From the sequence record OM728296.1: 32,000 nt of DNA; one strand, written 5' to 3'. Shown piece by piece: positions 26,781 to 32,000 of the stretch. The stretch's first letter is position 1. Every line of letters starts with the position of its first letter. The notes beneath the pieces were generated by a model that was given only the letters and a program-made list of their open reading frames with translations, was not told the DNA's origin and made no database searches. This DNA is from Bacillus phage vB_BsuM-Goe26. The position numbers and the translations under genes were made by a program.

Positions 26781-28562
26781 TTGGAAACTGAAATTATGGA
26801 GCCACTAATGGGACGCGGAAAGAAAACAGCTAAAATTATGTTTGTTACAGATACAGCGTCTGAATACGATTATTACGAAACTGGAAAGTACATGACTGAT
26901 CAACCGGGAAAACTTCTGTTGTACTCGCTTAAAAAGTTAGGGATAGACTTGAAAAAGGATTGCTACTTTACAGCGCTTGTAAAGCAACCAACTCCGGAAA
27001 ATAGACAACCTAACAGAGAAGAAATCGACGCGTACATGGGAATATTTGAGAAAGAGCTTGAGATTGTAAACCCTGACATCATTGTTCCTATGGGGAACGT
27101 CTCCCTTAAGAAAGTCGGAGGAAAAACAGGTATAACTAAGTTCAGAGGGAAAGCGACGGTTGACGAGGAGACTGACAGGATTGTCTTTCCAATAGTTGGT
27201 CCAGACATGTTGTTCCTTCAGCCTAAGCATACTAAGAAATGGACAAAAGACTTACAGAACCTAAAGGAACTTTTAGATAAGGGAAAGAACTTCTTGGAGC
27301 GCAAAGAGGTAAATTATAGGTACTTAGAAGACTTACCATCTGTTCTCAAAGAGATTAAGAGAATGAAAAAGTCTAAATGGGTAGTATTCGACTTGGAGAC
27401 AACTGGACTAGACCCATTTAAATCTGACTCTAAAATAGTTTGTATCTCGTTGACTGACCGAGACCATTATGGCGTGACTATCCCACTAGATCATAAAGAG
27501 TTTGTCTGGGAGGAGGACGACTTTGAAAAAGTCAAGATGGCTATTAAGCTACTTCTTGAAGATAAGAAAATCAAGAAGATGGCCCATAATGGGAAGTTCG
27601 ATATGAAGTGGTTGAAAGTTCAGTATGGTATCGAAGTCGCTAACTTTGCATTTGATCCTCTTCTGTGTCATTATCTTACGGTTTCTGAGGAACAGGGCGG
27701 ACACGGTCTCAAGAACCTCGCTTGGGAGTTTACCGACATGGGTGGCTATGACAACGAGCTCGACGCCTTTAAGGACACACTACCGGAGAAAATACGACAT
27801 AACTACGACAATGTACCTTGGAAGATACTCAGAACATACGCCGCAGCTGATGTTGACTGTACATTCCGTTTGTACAAGATATTTAAAGAGTATCTGAAGC
27901 AAGATGAAGGTTGGAGATATGTATTTAAGAATCTACTTCTGCCAGGCTCGTATGCGCTTGCTGATATAGAGATAAACGGGGCTAAACTTGATGAAGATAG
28001 GATAGCGCTGTATGAAGAAGTCTTCCCAGCTCGTACTGCTGAAATCGAAGAGAAGTTAAGACAGTACCCTGAAGTGTTAGAAATCGAACGAGAGAAGCAG
28101 AGACTGTTTGAGTTGAGACAACTTGAAATGAAAAAGCCGAAGGAAGAGCGAAATGCAGAAATACTCAAGTACAACAAGTATAAGAACTTCAAGTTTAAGT
28201 TTAGCTCGACCAGTCAGTTGCGAGAACTTCTTTTCGAGAAACTAGGATTAGACACACCTTTCCTTACGAAAAAGGGAGAGGAAAGAAAAAGACTTGTAGA
28301 GAAAAGAAATAGAGGGAAAAAGAAATCAGAACAAGAAAAATTTGTACCGACGACTGAAGAGCTCTCTACTGGAAAAGAAACTCTTCAATACCTAGACGGT
28401 AAACATCCTATTGCCTCCCTTTTGTCTGAGTGGAGACGTATTGAGAAAGTTTATGGAACTTACATTAAACCTGCGAGAAGCTGGATTGGAGCAGACGGTC
28501 TTGCTCATCCTACGTATAACCTTACGGGAACAGTAACGGGACGGTTGTCTTCAGAGAACCCT
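26781..28562 (+). CDS. DNA polymerase (family A), exon 1: UDG-like domain, 3'-5' exonuclease, start of polymerase domain
   Basis: AAAGGAGGAG then TTG 26781. 'YFTALVKQPTPENRQPNREEIDAYMGIFEKELEIVNPDIIVPMG' UDG-like; 'VVFDLETTGLD', 'MAHNGKFDMKWL', 'TYAAADVDCTFRLY' exonuclease; 'TGTVTGRLSSENP' polymerase motif, interrupted here. Confidence 0.9.
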
Positions 28563-29472
28563 AAGAGATTGGGCGGTATGATGGTAACATCATATTAGAA
28601 CTTGGTGAACCTATAAATATAGGGTGTGTAGTCTACGCGTAAGGATTGACAGGAAATGGTCAATAGAGGCTATGCTAACAGGGGATGTTCTCAGAGATGA
28701 GCGCTGAGAAAGAATCCTGTGCCAAAACTATCAAAAGATAGTGAGGTCTAACGACTATCGAAAGGGTAGCTTTTGTTGTGAAGCAGAAGTGAGTAACCGA
28801 GTAGAGTACAGTGAAGGTGAAAGTCCTTCATTGGAAGCGCCAAGCAACCGTTAATAAAACTATTATGGGAAAGATTTGTATATTACTGTCGAGGTGATAT
28901 ACGTGAAGGATATAAAAAATTTCGAAGGTCTATACAAAGCTACAGAAGATGGTAAAGTGTATAGCGTTAAGTCTGAAAAGTTCCTAAAGTTTGATGTCGG
29001 TACGCATGGTTATGCGGAAGTTTGCTTGTATAAGAAAGGAATAAGAACAAAGCGAACGGTACATCGAATAATGGCTGAGACGTTTATAGGGGAAATTCCT
29101 AAAGGACTAGTCGTAGATCATATTGATGGGGACAAACTTAACAACAGCTACACTAACCTTAGAAGAGTAACGCAAAAGGACAACGTGGATAACCAAAGAT
29201 TGCGTGGTACATTTTTTAATGTAAAAGAGGTTCAACAACTTGCTGTCGAGTCTCGAAAACGGGCAATAAAACTTATCCTCCCTGACGGATCAGAAGAGGA
29301 TTTTGACTCATCTGCTGAAGCTTGTAGGAAATTTAATTTAAACCCTTCAAAAATCCATAATGTTTTAAAAGGTAAACAGTCGAAGCATAAAGGTTTTACA
29401 GCTAGATACCTTTGACGGTTGATGATATAGTCTAACGCAGAACGAAGGTTGGAAGTTACTAGTTTTGCGTTG
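28563..29472 (+). mobile_element. Group I intron (910 nt) in the DNA polymerase gene
   Basis: Polymerase frame resumes as TGRLSSENP|NAQNFPRKS. 5' exon ends …CCCU, intron ends in G. P1 = CCUAA-GAGA-UUGGG with U:G at the splice site. P7 candidates GACUAUC (28753-28759) and GAUAUAGUC (29424-29432). Confidence 0.9.
28903..29415 (+). CDS. Intron-encoded HNH homing endonuclease (I-HmuI-like; NUMOD4 plus HNH)
   Basis: 'FEGLYKATEDGKVYSVKSEKFLK', 'VHRIMAETFIGEIPKGLVVDHIDGDKLNNSYTNLRRVTQKDNVDN', C-terminal 'SSAEACRKFNLNPSKIHNVLKGKQSKHKGF'; GAGGTGAT then GTG 28903. Confidence 0.88.
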   Translation: MKDIKNFEGLYKATEDGKVYSVKSEKFLKFDVGTHGYAEVCLYKKGIRTKRTVHRIMAETFIGEIPKGLVVDHIDGDKLNNSYTNLRRVTQKDNVDNQRLRGTFFNVKEVQQLAVESRKRAIKLILPDGSEEDFDSSAEACRKFNLNPSKIHNVLKGKQSKHKGFTARYL

Positions 29473-30375
29473 AATGCTCAGAACTTCCCGCGTAAATCGA
29501 ATGACCCGAGAGCGTTTGAGTATGTGTATGGGATCAAGAAAATGTTCGTTAGTCGATTCGGAGCAGACGGACTGATCTTACAAGCCGACTACTCTCAGCT
29601 TGAGTTACGTATTGCAGCGATTTTCTCTAACGACAAAGAGCTTATGAATGCTTACAAAGCTGGAAAAGACATCCATATTTACGTTGCTTCAAAGGTTCAT
29701 AAGATACCAGAGTCAGAAGTAACAAAAGACCAACGTACTGCTGCAAAAGCCGTAGGGTTTGGACTCTTGTATGGTAAGGGTGCATATTCTTTGGCTCAAG
29801 ACATGAAGGTTGATCTTGAAGAAGCGCAGGAGTTCATTGACACTTACTTCAAGGAGTTCGCGGGAGTTAAGAAATGGCTTGATAACACGAGAAAACAAGT
29901 GTCCAAAAATAAGCGCGTTAAGACGCTTACAGGGCGTTGGAGACGTCTTGCGGCTATTGACTCGACTAATAGAGCTACGGCAGCTGACGCAGAACGACAA
30001 GCTGTAAACTCACCTATTCAAGGTAGTGGCTCTGACATAACTCTCTCATCTCTAATCGCGTTAGGTCGACGTTTAAGAGACGAAGGGTTTAGATCAGTAA
30101 TTTGTATGACAGTTCACGATAGTATTGTACTTGATGTTCATAAAGACGAGCTTGTAGAGGTTTACAAGTTAGTCAAGGAAGTAATGGAGAACCCTCCGTT
30201 TGACTGGGTGACTGTTCCTATTGTCGCTGATGTCGAGATTGGACGTAATTACGGTGACTTGGTTTATTTGAAACAGCTAAGTGATCTTGACGACTATAAA
30301 GACGTGTATGAGTACATCGATGTTAAGTTTGAGGAGAAAAAGAAAGAAGATTTAGAAAAGGCAATGAAGAACTGA
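29473..30375 (+). CDS. DNA polymerase (family A), exon 2: polymerase catalytic core
   Basis: 'LQADYSQLELRIAAIF' (motif A), 'QRTAAKAVGFGLLYGKGAYSLA' (motif B), 'MTVHDSIVLDVH' (motif C). Confidence 0.93.
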   Translation, partial: NAQNFPRKSNDPRAFEYVYGIKKMFVSRFGADGLILQADYSQLELRIAAIFSNDKELMNAYKAGKDIHIYVASKVHKIPESEVTKDQRTAAKAVGFGLLYGKGAYSLAQDMKVDLEEAQEFIDTYFKEFAGVKKWLDNTRKQVSKNKRVKTLTGRWRRLAAIDSTNRATAADAERQAVNSPIQGSGSDITLSSLIALGRRLRDEGFRSVICMTVHDSIVLDVHKDELVEVYKLVKEVMENPPFDWVTVPIVADVEIGRNYGDLVYLKQLSDLDDYKDVYEYIDVKFEEKKKEDLEKAMKN

Positions 30376-30621
30376 CGTTCGTCGGGCATAAGTCCTAAAT
30401 AACTGGAATTATGTATGTTTTTGGCTCTAACAATCATTTTGGTTTCAACTTTTTCAACTTGGCAACATATGGATATGATAGTGTTTTGAACACATCAGAG
30501 CCCTGACAACAGCATTTAGTAGCATTTACCTAGTTATTTCTCATCAACATCGGGTATATAATAGTGTTGGGAGATGAGAGACCTATTTTAACATAAGAAT
30601 CCGGAAGAGAGGGAGATTGAG

Positions 30622-30792
30622 TTGAAACGTAAACAAAATAACTTAGAGCCGTTGAAACAGAAACGCGAAGGTTACATTATGGTTAACGAAGCCAACAACG
30701 TTGAAATCAAATGTACTCCAGAGTTTAAACAGATTTGGCTCGCAAGAGGTTTCAAAGTTGTTAAACATAGTCGCGAATTACGCTTAGTATAA
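30622..30792 (+). CDS. Small hypothetical protein (56 aa, absent from the ORF track)
   Basis: GGGAG then TTG 30622: LKRKQNNLEPLKQKREGYIMVNEANNVEIKCTPEFKQIWLARGFKVVKHSRELRLV*; followed by a terminator. Confidence 0.6.
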   Translation: MKRKQNNLEPLKQKREGYIMVNEANNVEIKCTPEFKQIWLARGFKVVKHSRELRLV

Positions 30793-30826
30793 CATAGACA
30801 TAATACATTATTTTAATATACATTAG

Positions 30827-30857
30827 TCACCATCCAATGGATGGTGATTTTATTTTT
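30827..30857 (+). terminator. Rho-independent terminator
   Basis: TCACCATCC (30827-30835) AAT GGATGGTGA (30839-30847) then TTTTATTTTT. Confidence 0.88.
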
Positions 30858-30932
30858 ACATGTGAAAAGGAGTACATTTTGAAAACCTCGCTTTATTTAC
30901 TACGAATTAAGGAAAGAGTGAGGTGAGAGTGG

Positions 30933-31451
30933 TTGAAAAACGATATTACGATGGACTTAGATTCTTTGGACATTACAGTTACTGTAAAGACGAAGAATGG
31001 GGAAATTGAAGAATTTAACATTAAAGATGAACTTATGATTGACCGCGATAATGTAAACGAGGGCTATATCAACCAACCCGGTCGGTATGCTTGGTGGGGT
31101 ATGGTGTTGGAAGTTGCAAAAGCTAATGTTGAACGAGCTAAACGAGAACTTTCTGTTCAAGAAGCCGAGGCAGATGAGCGTGTGCGAACGGAACTTGACA
31201 TGGAAGGGGTAAAGATCACTGAGGCTATCGTGACTAGACGACTTAAAGCTGATAAAGGATACTTAAAAGCTGCTGACGAGCTTGCAGAAGCTCAGAAAGC
31301 TGCCGGTATACTAGATAAGATCTTAAAAGCTTTTGACCAACGTATGGAAGCGCTAATTAGTTTAGGAGCGAACTTACGTAAAGAGGAAGTTAATGTTGAA
31401 CTTACTATGAAGAAAATGAAAGCTCGCGAAGTGTTAAAGAAAAACAAATAA
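30933..31451 (+). CDS. Hypothetical helical protein, possible recombination mediator role
   Basis: AGGTGAG then TTG 30933; helical 172-aa protein immediately upstream of the gp32-like SSB gene. Function inferred from position only. Confidence 0.55.
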   Translation: MKNDITMDLDSLDITVTVKTKNGEIEEFNIKDELMIDRDNVNEGYINQPGRYAWWGMVLEVAKANVERAKRELSVQEAEADERVRTELDMEGVKITEAIVTRRLKADKGYLKAADELAEAQKAAGILDKILKAFDQRMEALISLGANLRKEEVNVELTMKKMKAREVLKKNK

Positions 31452-31463
31452 ACAAGAATTACA

Positions 31464-31572
31464 ACGTTGGCACTGAGGCGTAGGGTAGGGAGTCCAAAAG
31501 ATTTTTATGTTACAACTCTCACCCCCAAATTCTCTCTTTTGGGCTCTCTCCTCTGCGTCTTAGTGTTGACGT
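31464..31572 (+). promoter_or_regulatory. Very long imperfect RNA hairpin in the SSB leader
   Basis: 31464-31501 pairs with 31535-31572: 37 of 38 positions pair (A-U, G-C or G:U), single U/C mismatch at 31486/31550. Confidence 0.85.
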
Positions 31573-31599
31573 AAGTTAAATTACGGGGAGAGATAATAA

Positions 31600-32000
31600 A
31601 TGGGTTTAGACATCGAAAAGTACAAGAAACGACTATTAGAATCGCAAGAGCGTAGCAGTGGCGGGGGAGGCGATATGACGTTCTTTAATATCAAAGAAGG
31701 ACGTAACGTCGTGCGTATTCTGCCTCCAAAAGAGGAAGACGGCGATATTTACTCTGAATGTAAAATTAACTATAACCTTGGACCAAATAAAGATCGTCAA
31801 GCTGTGAGCCGTAAGAGCGCTGGCTTTGATGATGATCCAGTTGAGGAACTCATTCAAGAGCTTGAGAGTTCTGGGGACAAAGATGATGCAAAATACGCTA
31901 AAAAGTTAAAACCTCGTATGCGTTATTACTTCAACGTAATCAACCGAGAGGCTTCAGAAGGCGATGACGACTTCGAAAAAGTGTTAGTAATGGGCTGTGG
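31600..32000 (+). CDS. gp32-like single-stranded DNA-binding protein (3' truncated by window edge)
   Basis: GGGGAGAG then ATG 31600; 'MGLDIEKYKKRLLESQERSSGGGGDMTFFNIKEGRNVVRILPPKEEDGDIYSECKINYNLG' resembles phage gp32-type SSB N-termini; open to the window end. Confidence 0.7.
   Translation, partial: MGLDIEKYKKRLLESQERSSGGGGDMTFFNIKEGRNVVRILPPKEEDGDIYSECKINYNLGPNKDRQAVSRKSAGFDDDPVEELIQELESSGDKDDAKYAKKLKPRMRYYFNVINREASEGDDDFEKVLVMGC

Noticed and set aside
28563-29472. Interpretation as two separate polymerase genes or an intein
   Set aside because: The reading frame is blocked by stops; U/G splice signature, P1 and P7 pairings, and an HNH ORF with its own SD indicate a group I intron rather than an intein or gene split.
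1-32000. CRISPR arrays, tRNAs, rRNAs, transposases, integrase or toxin-antitoxin systems
   Set aside because: No regularly spaced direct repeats, cloverleaf sequences or recognisable proteins of these classes were found by reading; tRNAscan-SE and a repeat finder would be needed to exclude them formally.

Overview
32 kb of a large, strictly lytic-type phage genome, almost entirely + strand. Gene content and order resemble SPO1/Twort/K-like phages of Gram-positive hosts (Herelleviridae-like; inferred from content, no database search). Left to right: the C-terminal part of a structural (tail fibre/baseplate-like) protein; a replication/recombination block (UvsW-like helicase, wHTH initiator-like protein, DnaB-like helicase, SbcD/gp47, SbcC/gp46, Zn+Toprim primase); dUTPase; PD-(D/E)XK resolvase-like nuclease; nrdI-nrdE-nrdF; small regulators (PC4-like, sigma-like, Cys4 protein); a DNA-modification neighbourhood; an HU/TF1-like protein; a UDG-domain family-A DNA polymerase split by a 910-nt group I intron with an HNH homing endonuclease; and the start of a gp32-like SSB. 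The most interesting signals are: (1) a probable thymidine/5-hmdU hypermodification cluster with a P-loop 5-hmdU-DNA-kinase-like fusion, two thymidylate-synthase-superfamily domains (one with the specificity Asn replaced by Asp and fused to a possible cysteine-less radical-SAM-like barrel) and an Nmad1/DUF1599-like protein; (2) a 38-bp, one-mismatch, G:U-rich RNA hairpin directly upstream of the SSB gene; (3) a 15-bp perfect inverted repeat without a U-tract between the UvsW-like gene and the initiator-like gene; (4) a shared GTAAACTTTG leader motif upstream of three genes; (5) a lone minus-strand coiled-coil gene inside the modification region. Coordinates use my preferred starts where a Shine-Dalgarno (SD) sequence favours a start other than the track's. 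All assignments come from reading the sequence only.
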